DNA of 62,749 nt, filler included, from a bacterium (GTDB lineage Bacteria; JALSQH01), in NCBI GenBank assembly GCA_026985515.1. It is 7 parts of 7 records of this genome, joined end to end, with 100 filler letters (N's around TTAATTAATTAA, not from the genome) between each part and the next. Parts side by side here need not be neighbours in the genome. Positions count along the whole stretch, not along the records: positions 30,662 to 49,881 come from JALSQH010000018.1; 6 more parts are not named here. The stretch is one strand, 5' to 3'. Positions 36,070 to 45,215 of the stretch are shown in pieces (position 1 is the stretch's first letter; each line of letters opens with the position of its first letter). Under the pieces are notes generated by a model. It searched no databases. It was given only the letters and a program-made list of their open reading frames with translations, and was not told where the DNA came from. The translations under genes and the position numbers were made by a program.

Positions 36070-37880
36070 GAAAAATTTTAACGTTGTTCATGCTTCTGAT
36101 TGTGGTTTCATGTGCCACTTCCAGAGTGACGGAGAAGGGACCTTCTGCCGAAAAAAAAGAAAAGGCAAAAGTTGAAAAAAAGTTCAAAACAGTTGAAAAA
36201 GCAGAGAAGATTGAGATAAAGTACCCTGTAACGGAAGATATTAAAAACAGCGGAGATTACAAGAAATTTGAAGAGCTGATAGAACTCCTTCGAAAAGATC
36301 CAACTCTGGCGGATGCCCATTACGATATTGGAGTAATTTACAGCAGACATAAGGAATTTTCCCTCGCAGCAAAAGCGTATGAAGAAGCTCTGAAGATCAG
36401 ACCGGATTATGTTGAGGCAGCTGTTAATCTTGCAGATGCATACAAAGAACTTGGCAGATATGGTGCAGCAGAGGCCATCATAAAGAGAGTTTTACGAGAA
36501 AATCCAGATGACATAAGATTGCTGAATGCCCTGGCAATAATTTACAGGGAAAAAGGGAAACTTGATGAATCCCTTGACCTCTCTCTAAAGGTTTTAAAAA
36601 AGGATCAGAAGTATCTACCAGCAAGAATTAACATTGGTCTCATATACCTGTTAAAGAAAAAGTATGCAATGGCATATTATGTTTTTGATACATCCAAGGA
36701 TATTGATCCAAATAACCCTGCCATCCATGAATATAAGGGTTACACTCTCTATTTTCTGGGGGATCTTAAAGGGGCTGAGGAAGAATTCAAGAAAGCACTT
36801 AAGTTGAATCCCGGTAAGCCGGAGCTGTATGTTAATCTTGCAATAATCAGGATGAAGCAGGAAAAGTGGAATGAGGCTGAGAAGTTTTTGAAAAAAGCAC
36901 TGAAAATAAAACCCCTGATGGGAGAGGCACATCTTGATCTTGGAGTTGTTTATCTAAAACTTGGTAAATTGAAGGAGGCTTACAGGGAACTGAAAAAGGC
37001 CATAAAGTATGGGGCGGATAAGGCTGCGGCGTATTACAACCTCGCTATTGTGGCTTCCCTTTACAGACGTAAACCAGACGTTGCGGCAAAAAAAGCTGTT
37101 GAGTATCTCCAGCTGTATTTGAAGTATGCGGTTAATATCTCTCCTGATGAGAGAAAGGAAGTCGAGGACCTTATCAAGGATATCAAGGAAATCGGAGTTG
37201 AAGTAGTTTACCTTTACAAACCGAAATTTTCTCAGCTTCCTCCATACGCAAGACCCAAAGAGGAAGGAGCTCCTCAGCTCGCTTCAGGTTACGGAAGTGA
37301 ATCCACATCTCCTGCTTATTCAGGCTCCACAACCTATGCAACATCTACAACACAGTATACCTCATCCACGACTCAGCCTCCTTCACCTGCAACAACTGCA
37401 GTTTCTTCTTATGGTAAACCTGTTACTTCCCAGGCATCCGTAAGTGAAGGTGGGGGTAGACCGGTAACTTCAACTGCTGAAAAGTATCCTGAAGTCGCCA
37501 CAGCTTCTTCATTAAATAAAAAAAGTTCTTCACAACGGGAAAATTATCCCTCAGAAATAACCGGTAAGGCTCCTCGCAGATTTCCAGAAACTCAAACTGC
37601 TCCATCCACTTCTCCTCTTCCAGTGACATCGGAAGGTGGTAAAGTAAAGCCTCCAGAGTCAATGCAAAACAGTCAACCATCAATTCCGAAATCAGTGACA
37701 TCATCTGTTGAAAGGGAAACAACAGCTTATCCTCAGGAAGTTTCCCCGGTGGGGGAAGCTCCTTCTGTTGAGGAGATTACTCCTGCTGAGGAATCTCCTG
37801 AGAGTGTGGAGGAGGCACCAGAGGTTACTTCTCCTGTGGAACCAGAGGAACCTGAGGAAATATCCCCGGAGGAACCATGA
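36066..37880 (+). CDS. gltE: TPR lipoprotein, GltE/AglT-like, with P/S/T/E-rich tail
   Basis: Lipobox VVSC, tandem TPRs, position between gltD-like and gltF-like genes. Confidence 0.62.
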   Translation: MRKILTLFMLLIVVSCATSRVTEKGPSAEKKEKAKVEKKFKTVEKAEKIEIKYPVTEDIKNSGDYKKFEELIELLRKDPTLADAHYDIGVIYSRHKEFSLAAKAYEEALKIRPDYVEAAVNLADAYKELGRYGAAEAIIKRVLRENPDDIRLLNALAIIYREKGKLDESLDLSLKVLKKDQKYLPARINIGLIYLLKKKYAMAYYVFDTSKDIDPNNPAIHEYKGYTLYFLGDLKGAEEEFKKALKLNPGKPELYVNLAIIRMKQEKWNEAEKFLKKALKIKPLMGEAHLDLGVVYLKLGKLKEAYRELKKAIKYGADKAAAYYNLAIVASLYRRKPDVAAKKAVEYLQLYLKYAVNISPDERKEVEDLIKDIKEIGVEVVYLYKPKFSQLPPYARPKEEGAPQLASGYGSESTSPAYSGSTTYATSTTQYTSSTTQPPSPATTAVSSYGKPVTSQASVSEGGGRPVTSTAEKYPEVATASSLNKKSSSQRENYPSEITGKAPRRFPETQTAPSTSPLPVTSEGGKVKPPESMQNSQPSIPKSVTSSVERETTAYPQEVSPVGEAPSVEEITPAEESPESVEEAPEVTSPVEPEEPEEISPEEP

Positions 37881-37934
37881 ATGTTGAAGATAAACTGGAG
37901 TTGTGTTTAAATGAATATGTAATTGAGGGGAGAG

Positions 37935-38213
37935 ATGAAGGTTTTTAAATTTCTTTTAACAACCTTGATATTTCTTCTGAGTTCGGCTATTATTGTAACA
38001 ACTGTCAGAGCCCAGCAGGTGATAAGGATGGAAGAGATGATAGTAAAAGGAAGGGTTCAGAAGCCGCAGGCAATGTATATCCTCCAGAGGTCAACCCACG
38101 TTACATTTGAGACTTCCATTAAAAACAAGAGAGAGGATTTCAGACTTTATATTCTTGAAGCGATAAGAGAATATGATGATCTTTTTTCACCTGGTGCTGA
38201 AAGTAAAAAATAA
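37935..38213 (+). CDS. gltF: Small secreted protein, GltF/CglF-like
   Basis: Signal peptide then I.MEEM.VKGRVQKPQAMYIL.R, resembling the CglF I.G...KP motif; matching synteny. Confidence 0.62.
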   Translation: MKVFKFLLTTLIFLLSSAIIVTTVRAQQVIRMEEMIVKGRVQKPQAMYILQRSTHVTFETSIKNKREDFRLYILEAIREYDDLFSPGAESKK

Positions 38214-38232
38214 GTAAAGGAGGAGTAAGGAT

Positions 38233-39090
38233 ATGAAGCGGATCATTATGGTGGTTACACTCCTGTTGTTTCTGGCAGGAAGCGGGAATGTTTATGCCCG
38301 AAAGAGAGTTAAGAAACATAAAAAGACAAAACCCGCTGCTGCAAAGGTTGAGAAAAAAGCTGTTGCCAAGCCTGCTGCTCCACAGCCAGCCGCCGCTGCT
38401 CCCGCAACAACAGCTGCAGCTGCTCCCACGAAGAAAGAGGAGAGTATGAATCTATGGCAGTGGTTTATGGATAAGATGAATAAAGGTGGAACATTTATGT
38501 GGTTCATTCTCCTTGCAGGCTTATATGCAATTGGAGGCTCCATAGAAAGAACCTATGCCCTCTACTTTAAATATTCAATAAATGGAAAGGCTTTCTGGGA
38601 AATAATCAGAAAGCACGTTATGACCAACAACATAAGACAGGCTATTACCACCTGTGAGGCAAAATCTCAGGCGGCGCTGCCACAGATTCTAAAAGCTGCA
38701 CTTGAAAGAGCTGATGGAACTGAGAGGGAGATTCAGGATGCTGTGGATGAAGCTGCTCTCGAGGTTGTACCAAAGCTTCAAAGAGGATTACCATTCCTCT
38801 CAATGATAGCTAATGTTTCAACACTCCTTGGTCTTCTGGGGACGATTCTTGGATTGATCCAGGCTTTCAGGAGCCTTGCCATTGCAACCAACCAGACACA
38901 GAAAAGCGTGATGCTTGCGCAGGGTATTTCCATAGCAATGTACACTACTGCTTTTGGATTGATTGTTGCAATCCCAACATTGATAGTTTTTACCATCCTC
39001 CAGGCGAAGGCAAATGCAATTATGGAAGATATAGATCTCTACTCTGTAAAGCTTATTAATCTTCTTGTTGCAAAGAAAGGTGGGAAATAA
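38233..39090 (+). CDS. aglR: MotA/TolQ/ExbB proton channel subunit, AglR-like
   Basis: TLLGLLGTILGLIQAF, GISIAMYTTAFGLIVAIP; extra signal peptide and K/A/P-rich extension. Confidence 0.75.
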   Translation: MKRIIMVVTLLLFLAGSGNVYARKRVKKHKKTKPAAAKVEKKAVAKPAAPQPAAAAPATTAAAAPTKKEESMNLWQWFMDKMNKGGTFMWFILLAGLYAIGGSIERTYALYFKYSINGKAFWEIIRKHVMTNNIRQAITTCEAKSQAALPQILKAALERADGTEREIQDAVDEAALEVVPKLQRGLPFLSMIANVSTLLGLLGTILGLIQAFRSLAIATNQTQKSVMLAQGISIAMYTTAFGLIVAIPTLIVFTILQAKANAIMEDIDLYSVKLINLLVAKKGGK

Positions 39091-39125
39091 AAAATGGGAG
39101 ATAGAGGGGGAAAAAGGGGTAAAGG

Positions 39126-40469
39126 GTGCAGAGAACCGAGAGAGTATTAAAGGTTGCAGTTGTTCAGAATGACATTATAACCGGTGAATTTCTGCTCCGT
39201 GAAAGTGGCAAATTCACAGTAGGAACTGGTTTTAATGTTGATGTACATGTTAATGACGAGTCTCTGCCCCGAAAGACCACTTTTTTCTTTAAAAAGGGTC
39301 CAAGGTACGGGTTTGTAATTTTACCTGGAGCAAGGGGAAAAGTAGTTTCCGTTGAGGGACGGGTTTATACTCTGGACCAGCTTGTCAATTCAGAATTCTC
39401 AAGAATTGAGAGAGGTGCCCCTGTAGTTTATCTGGACAGGATCGAGAGGGGTAAAATCATTATTGGTGACACCACATTCCTCTTCAAGTATATTGAATTG
39501 CCACCGCCTCCCAAACTTGATTTGCCTGCTCCCAAAAAGGACTGGAGATATCTTTCAATCCTGGCGGTCTCGCTTCTTATCCATGGAGCTTTGATGTACT
39601 ATCTGGGAACGGCAAATGTAAAAACTACGGCACCTGAATCTCTGCAGGCGATTCCGGCGAGATTTGCTAAGTTGATTGTTGAAAAGCCTCCAGAGAAGCC
39701 AAAGCCTCAGAAGGTAAAAAATCTCCCCATAAAGGCTCAAAAGGAGAAGGTTGGTGAAAATAAAGGAAAGGTGCAGAAAACCAGACCTAAGGAAGAGGCT
39801 GGTGGAGGAACAAGCACAAGAAGGGCAAAGGCTGCCAGACCATCAAAAGCTGCACTCAGAAAGAAGGTCAGATCCGTGGGTGTCCTCGCTATTCTCACAT
39901 CTAAAAGCGCAGGTGGAAGTGTGGCAGATGTTATAAGTGCAGGAGCCGGTGTCACCGGTGATCTGGATAAGGTTTTATCTGAGGTTGGCGGTGTGGGTGT
40001 TGCGAAGAGTACAGCTGAAGTTCTTGCGGCTGCAAAGAGAAGAAGAGGTGCAGCTGCCGGGGGTGGCGCAGATATAGGCGAACTTGCCGTGGGACCGGGT
40101 GAGAGCATCGGGCTCGGGAAAAAGAAAGTGGTTAGAGTGAGAAGCAGAATATTGACCGGGGCTTTTGCAAGTCAGGGGTCACTTGATTCAAGAGTTATTG
40201 CAAGAGTTGTTAAACTGGGAATGGGTGGAATAAAGTACTGCTATGAAATGGGGTTAAAGAGAAATCCAAAACTTGCCGGAAAGGTGGTGGTGGAGTTTGT
40301 AATAGGTTCTGGAGGTAGAGTTAGAACAGCGAGAGTTACCTTTTCCTCACTTGGAGATAGGGAGGTGGAGAGTTGTATAGTGAGAAGAATATTGAGATTC
40401 AGATTCCCTCCTCCAAAAAATGGGAGTGTGAGAGTTTCCTATCCTTTTATTTTTACATCTGCAGGGTAA
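39126..40469 (+). CDS. gltG: GltG/PglI-like TonB-type energy transducer (AgmX/PglI C-terminal domain)
   Basis: Cytoplasmic beta domain, TM helix with SxxxH (SLLIH), flexible linker, C-terminal IKYCYE..LKRNPKL.GKV...F.I...ESCI......RFP.P....V.VSYPF.F. Confidence 0.78.
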   Translation: MQRTERVLKVAVVQNDIITGEFLLRESGKFTVGTGFNVDVHVNDESLPRKTTFFFKKGPRYGFVILPGARGKVVSVEGRVYTLDQLVNSEFSRIERGAPVVYLDRIERGKIIIGDTTFLFKYIELPPPPKLDLPAPKKDWRYLSILAVSLLIHGALMYYLGTANVKTTAPESLQAIPARFAKLIVEKPPEKPKPQKVKNLPIKAQKEKVGENKGKVQKTRPKEEAGGGTSTRRAKAARPSKAALRKKVRSVGVLAILTSKSAGGSVADVISAGAGVTGDLDKVLSEVGGVGVAKSTAEVLAAAKRRRGAAAGGGADIGELAVGPGESIGLGKKKVVRVRSRILTGAFASQGSLDSRVIARVVKLGMGGIKYCYEMGLKRNPKLAGKVVVEFVIGSGGRVRTARVTFSSLGDREVESCIVRRILRFRFPPPKNGSVRVSYPFIFTSAG

Positions 40470-40476
40470 AACAGGC

Positions 40477-40498
40477 TTCTGTGACTCCGGTCACAGAA
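40477..40498. terminator. Hairpin after gltG (weak terminator, processing site or operator)
   Basis: TTCTGTGAC-TCCG-GTCACAGAA, 9-bp stem with only a weak U-tract. Confidence 0.45.
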
Positions 40499-40504
40499 AT
40501 GGCT

Positions 40505-40533
40505 TTGTATTTATGATAAAATTATGGTAAGAT
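40505..40533 (+). promoter_or_regulatory. Probable extended -10 promoter of the polysaccharide export operon
   Basis: TTGTAT-17-TAAGAT with TGn extension; SD GGAGGT before ATG 40559. Confidence 0.5.
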
Positions 40534-40558
40534 ATAAGGGCTAAATGGAGGTTAATAA

Positions 40559-41092
40559 ATGTTTTGCAGAGTAAAAAACATACTTTTGATAGCATTTCTG
40601 GCTGGTTTTGCAGTGGTTGCATTTGCCCAGGGGAAGGTCCTTCCAAGACCTGAATTGCTGGCAAAATACAAAACTCTGCTCGGGACTGCATCTGATCAGA
40701 TTTCCAAAATGAAAAAGATGGAAGATGACGCAAGAGAGCAGAATGATATGGTTGTGGTGAACTGCATTCATCCCAAATATGTGACTGCCAGGAGACTGCT
40801 GGAAATTGCAAAAAAAAGTTATGATAGACTTCAGACCCTTGGAGCCAGGGGCGGGGAGGGAGTCTCAGTTGAGGTGATAAACAGCATTACAAGAAAAATC
40901 AAGCTCGCCTGTGACAGAATTGCTGATCTTTACAGGGCTGCACAATCCTGTTTGAGTATCTCCGCCGCCAAAGCGATAACAAAGGTCAAGATACTTCAGG
41001 GTCAGGAGCTGCTTCCGGGGAAAAAGGAAATAGGAATCACAACAGAAATCCCTGCGAAAGTGGAAACTCCACCACCATCAGGAAGCGAATAG
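40559..41092 (+). CDS. Secreted helical hypothetical protein with Cys residues
   Basis: Signal peptide ending AFA, helical body with VNC/ACD/QSC, Pro-rich end. Confidence 0.7.
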   Translation: MFCRVKNILLIAFLAGFAVVAFAQGKVLPRPELLAKYKTLLGTASDQISKMKKMEDDAREQNDMVVVNCIHPKYVTARRLLEIAKKSYDRLQTLGARGGEGVSVEVINSITRKIKLACDRIADLYRAAQSCLSISAAKAITKVKILQGQELLPGKKEIGITTEIPAKVETPPPSGSE

Positions 41093-41112
41093 AGGAAAGA
41101 GGAGGGGAGTAA

Positions 41113-42255
41113 ATTAAAAGGATAATTGCAGGGGTAGTTTTATTCATTTTTTTTGCTGTGTGTAATCTGTTTGCATCTGGAAAGGGCATTCGTGCAGGAA
41201 TACTTCGTATAAAGCCGACACTCCAGCTGGATACCGGTTATGAAAGCAATGTTTATCTTACCTATGAGTCTGGATCGCCGGGGGATTTTTTTGTCAGTCC
41301 TTTTGTTGAATTGAAGATTGTGCTTCCATTTCTGACTCATTCCTTTTCTTTTGGTGTTAACTACAGCTACATAAATTATTTTCACGAAAAGAAACAGAGT
41401 GGATCGAGTTATAATTTTTTTGGTGACCTTGATATGAACTTTATTGGTGGGTTATCCTTCGACATTGCAGAGAAATACTCATATACAGAGGAGCCCATCC
41501 TTGGGAATTACGAGGTCGTATCCAGCAGATTACCTCACAATACTAACACACTTTCACCCTCAATAATATATAAAATTCCATCTGGAGCAATAACTTCAAG
41601 GTTTAATTTTCAGTGGATTCTGGATTCTTTCCCGACTCAGCCCGATTATGACAGAACGATGTATAAATTCAATCTTGGTACAGTTTATCGATTTCTTCCC
41701 AAAACAGGTCTATATTTTGACCTCAATATAATAAATGTGGGCAAAAAGAACAACGGTGGCATTTCCTCAACAAAATATGGTGGTGAGATAGGTTTAAAGG
41801 GGTTGATAACCCCCAGGCTTTCGGCCACAGCAGGCTTTGGATGGAAGTATGGTGAATATTCCGATGGGTCCCTTGAAAATGAACCAGTAATCAGGCTTTC
41901 ACTTGAAGAGAGATTTTCGCAGATTATGAAGATGAGTCTGAGTTACCTGAGGATGACAAATGATTCTTTTATAAGCGACTTTTATGTGTTGAATATGGTT
42001 AAGCTTTCCCTGTGGAGGGCTTTAACTGCCACCATAGCCACTGACATTACGCTTAAATGGTGGCTTGTGGATTATTCACCTTCTACTCAGAAAGATAACA
42101 ATTACAATGCAAAAGTTTCTATTAATTATTCGCCAGCGGTTGCCACATGGTTGAGCGGGACCTTCTCATATGTTTTCAGCAAAAGAGATTCAAATGTTGA
42201 GGCCTTCAGATATACCGATCATAAGATCTTTCTCGGTGTAAAACTCTCCTGGTAG
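41113..42255 (+). CDS. Outer-membrane beta-barrel for polysaccharide export (EpsX/Wzp/ExoB-like), probable ATT start
   Basis: GYESNV motif, alternating strands, terminal Trp, directly upstream of OPX; a complete signal peptide exists only from ATT 41113. Confidence 0.75.
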   Translation: MKRIIAGVVLFIFFAVCNLFASGKGIRAGILRIKPTLQLDTGYESNVYLTYESGSPGDFFVSPFVELKIVLPFLTHSFSFGVNYSYINYFHEKKQSGSSYNFFGDLDMNFIGGLSFDIAEKYSYTEEPILGNYEVVSSRLPHNTNTLSPSIIYKIPSGAITSRFNFQWILDSFPTQPDYDRTMYKFNLGTVYRFLPKTGLYFDLNIINVGKKNNGGISSTKYGGEIGLKGLITPRLSATAGFGWKYGEYSDGSLENEPVIRLSLEERFSQIMKMSLSYLRMTNDSFISDFYVLNMVKLSLWRALTATIATDITLKWWLVDYSPSTQKDNNYNAKVSINYSPAVATWLSGTFSYVFSKRDSNVEAFRYTDHKIFLGVKLSW

Positions 42256-42261
42256 TCAGCG

Positions 42262-43116
42262 ATGAAGAGGTTTCTCATACTGATTCCCATAATCCTTTTT
42301 ACTGCTTCCAGCATGCTGGCAGATTATCATGTTGGAGCAGGTGATGTACTGGATATAAAGATTTTTGAAGATCCAGATGCATCGGGTACCTTTGAAGTTT
42401 CCCCCGATGGATTTATTAATTTCCCCTATATTGGAAGGATAAAAGTTGAAGGTAAAACCACTTCACAGATTGAAAATTTGTTAGAGCAGAAGTTGAAAGA
42501 GGGGAAGATCTATGTAAATCCACATGTTTCCGTTTCTGTGGCAAAATACAGAAGTAAGAAAGTGGTTGTTCTGGGGGAGGTGGAAAAGCCGGGTGTTTAT
42601 TCAATAAACAGGGAATTGACAATCCTCGATGTTCTATCAATGTGTGGTGGCTTAACTGACAGGGCGGGAGATCGTCTTATACTTCTGAGGGGAGGATCGG
42701 CGGCTACCTCTGTCACATCTGCTTCTGGAAAATTCGTCAGGGGGATCGGCGCCGGTCAAGAGGTCAGGGTTGTGAGTCTTGTTGATCTGCTCCAGAAGGG
42801 CAACCTGAAGGAAAACTATCGTGTAAAGAATGGAGACATAATTTTTGTGCCGGAAGCTGGTAAGGTTTATCTTTTCGGTGAGGTGAAAAAACCTGGTGTT
42901 TACAAGTTCCACGAGGGTATGACCCTTCTCCAGGCAGTTGTCAAGGCTGGTGGTTTTACGGTCAGGGCAGCCCCCTCAAGGGTGAGAATAATAAGAATGA
43001 GCGGTGGCAAAGAGAAAGTCATTGAAGTGAATATGAAAAAAATTATTGATAACGAGGAGAAAGATGTTAAACTAAAAAATGGTGATGTGGTTGTTATACC
43101 TGAGAGTTATTTCTGA
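42262..43116 (+). CDS. wza: Short OPX/Wza polysaccharide export protein (PES + 2 SLBB, no OM helix)
   Basis: YHVGAGDVL, DGFINFPYIG, two GEVxKPG SLBB domains, ends PESYF. Confidence 0.88.
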   Translation: MKRFLILIPIILFTASSMLADYHVGAGDVLDIKIFEDPDASGTFEVSPDGFINFPYIGRIKVEGKTTSQIENLLEQKLKEGKIYVNPHVSVSVAKYRSKKVVVLGEVEKPGVYSINRELTILDVLSMCGGLTDRAGDRLILLRGGSAATSVTSASGKFVRGIGAGQEVRVVSLVDLLQKGNLKENYRVKNGDIIFVPEAGKVYLFGEVKKPGVYKFHEGMTLLQAVVKAGGFTVRAAPSRVRIIRMSGGKEKVIEVNMKKIIDNEEKDVKLKNGDVVVIPESYF

Positions 43117-43124
43117 GGAAAAAG

Positions 43125-45215
43125 ATGGAAAATAATGAAGCTGTTGTTGATTTAAAGCAACTTATCGAGATTATAAAGCGCAAGAGAAACTATGTGGCAG
43201 GGTTCTTCCTGCTATCGCTTTTTCTCGCTCTGCTTTATATTTTTCACACCACTCCCCAGTATCGGGCTGTTGCCACCCTTCTGATAAAACTTGAACCTCC
43301 CAAACTTCTCCCCCTGCACAGTGCAGCTGATCTTCAGACCACAGATTACTGGTTTGCCAAGGATTACTACAATACGCAGATAAAAATAATTAAGAGTGCA
43401 AAGGTGGCACAGAAGGTTATAGAAAAACTTGATCTTCGTGATCCCCATGATCCCTCAAAGTATGTTGATCCTGGCTATATCATTGGGAAGATTAAGGTTG
43501 TCCCCATTGAAGATACCCAGCTTGTTAGAATTGTTGTGGATGATCCCGATCCCAAAAAGGCCGCAAAGATCGCCAACGCGGTGGCTGAGGCCTATTCCGA
43601 ATTCAATGTGGAGGAGAGAGTAAAACTTGCAGAATCAGCTGTTGAATGGCTGAGTAAGAGACTTGAGGATATGAAGAAAACATTGAGGGAATCTCAGGAA
43701 AAACTCTTCAGATTCAGGCGTGATAATGACATTATATCCATTGAAAATCAGGAAAATGTTCTTGCTCAGAAACTTGAAGTTGTTAACAAGAATTATATTC
43801 AGGCGAAGGCTGATAGAGCTGCAAAGGAAGCGAGGTACAGATATCTCCAGTCCCTTCTTAGAAGTAACAACGATGTTCTCAAGTATACATCTATCTTTGA
43901 TGATCCAGTTCTGGAGAAAATGAGATCTGACCTTGTTGCTGCCCAGGAAGAGAGGGTGAAGCTTTCAAAAATATTCTCTGAAAATCATCCAAAGATCATG
44001 TCTCTTGATAATCAGATAAATTTTATAAAGAAAAAGATGAGGGAAGAGATCTTCAAAATGCTGGAAAAGGCAAGAGTTGATTATGAGATAGCCATCCAGA
44101 GGGAGAAAAAACTTAAGAGTCTCCTGGATGAGTATAAAAAGGAAGTTTTTGACCTCAATCAGAAGATGATTCAGTATTCTTCACTTTTTCAGGATGTGGA
44201 AAAAAACAAAAAGCTTTATGATCTCCTTCTTGAAAAGTTGAAGGAAAACGATATAGCCAGGCATTTGAAGGAAAATAATGTTTCAATTGTTGAGTATGCG
44301 AGAGTACCAAAGGCACCATTCAAGCCAAAGAAATCTATCATTCTATTGCTTTCCATAATTATGGGGTTGATGGGAGGTGTGGGACTTGCTCTTGCAGTTG
44401 ATTATTTTGATAACACAGTTAAGGGGAGGGAGGATGTGGAGAATTACATTAAATTGCCGCTCATCGGGTATGTGCCTGCCCTGATGCCAGAGGAAGCCGA
44501 AGTAGTGAAAAAAGATCTCTTTACCTTTTACCATCCCAAATCGTCAATTTCTGAACAGATCAGATCCATAAGAACTGCCATTCTTTTCATGTCCGCTGAT
44601 CATCCTTTAAAAACCATTCTTGTTACCAGTTCCATCCCCCTTGAAGGCAAGTCCACCATTGTGGCAAATCTTGGAGTTACCATGGCTCTGAATGGTGCAC
44701 GCACCCTCATAATAGATGCTGATCTCAGAAGAGGGAGATTGCACAAAACATTTTCACTTGATGGAAGGAAGGGTTTGACAAATCTGATCCTTGGTCAGTT
44801 TGAACCGGAAGAGACAATTTTCAAAACAAACATAGAAAACCTATGGTTCCTGCCCAGTGGACCGTTCCCTCCAAATCCTGCTGAATTGCTGGGATCATCA
44901 AGGATGAATGAACTCATAAAACAACTTGAGGGTAAATTTGACAGGATTCTCATTGACTCGCCACCCGTGATGCCTGTTACCGATCCCATTGTTCTGAGCA
45001 AGATAGTGGATGGTGTGATTATTGTTGCAAAATTGGGAAAGGTAACAAGAGAGATGGTTAATCACACAAAAGAGAAACTCAATGGAGTGGGGGCAAATAT
45101 TCTTGGAATAATTCTCAATGAACTTGAACTCAAGAAGAAAAGCTACGGGTACTATTATAGTTATTCTTACTCCTACTATTATCACTCCCCTGAGGAAGAT
45201 ACCTCTGCCAGATGA
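43125..45215 (+). CDS. wzc: Wzc polysaccharide co-polymerase fused to BY-kinase
   Basis: Two TM helices, periplasmic coiled coil, Walker A SSIPLEGKST, IDADLRR, IDSPP, C-terminal Tyr cluster. Confidence 0.93.
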   Translation: MENNEAVVDLKQLIEIIKRKRNYVAGFFLLSLFLALLYIFHTTPQYRAVATLLIKLEPPKLLPLHSAADLQTTDYWFAKDYYNTQIKIIKSAKVAQKVIEKLDLRDPHDPSKYVDPGYIIGKIKVVPIEDTQLVRIVVDDPDPKKAAKIANAVAEAYSEFNVEERVKLAESAVEWLSKRLEDMKKTLRESQEKLFRFRRDNDIISIENQENVLAQKLEVVNKNYIQAKADRAAKEARYRYLQSLLRSNNDVLKYTSIFDDPVLEKMRSDLVAAQEERVKLSKIFSENHPKIMSLDNQINFIKKKMREEIFKMLEKARVDYEIAIQREKKLKSLLDEYKKEVFDLNQKMIQYSSLFQDVEKNKKLYDLLLEKLKENDIARHLKENNVSIVEYARVPKAPFKPKKSIILLLSIIMGLMGGVGLALAVDYFDNTVKGREDVENYIKLPLIGYVPALMPEEAEVVKKDLFTFYHPKSSISEQIRSIRTAILFMSADHPLKTILVTSSIPLEGKSTIVANLGVTMALNGARTLIIDADLRRGRLHKTFSLDGRKGLTNLILGQFEPEETIFKTNIENLWFLPSGPFPPNPAELLGSSRMNELIKQLEGKFDRILIDSPPVMPVTDPIVLSKIVDGVIIVAKLGKVTREMVNHTKEKLNGVGANILGIILNELELKKKSYGYYYSYSYSYYYHSPEEDTSAR

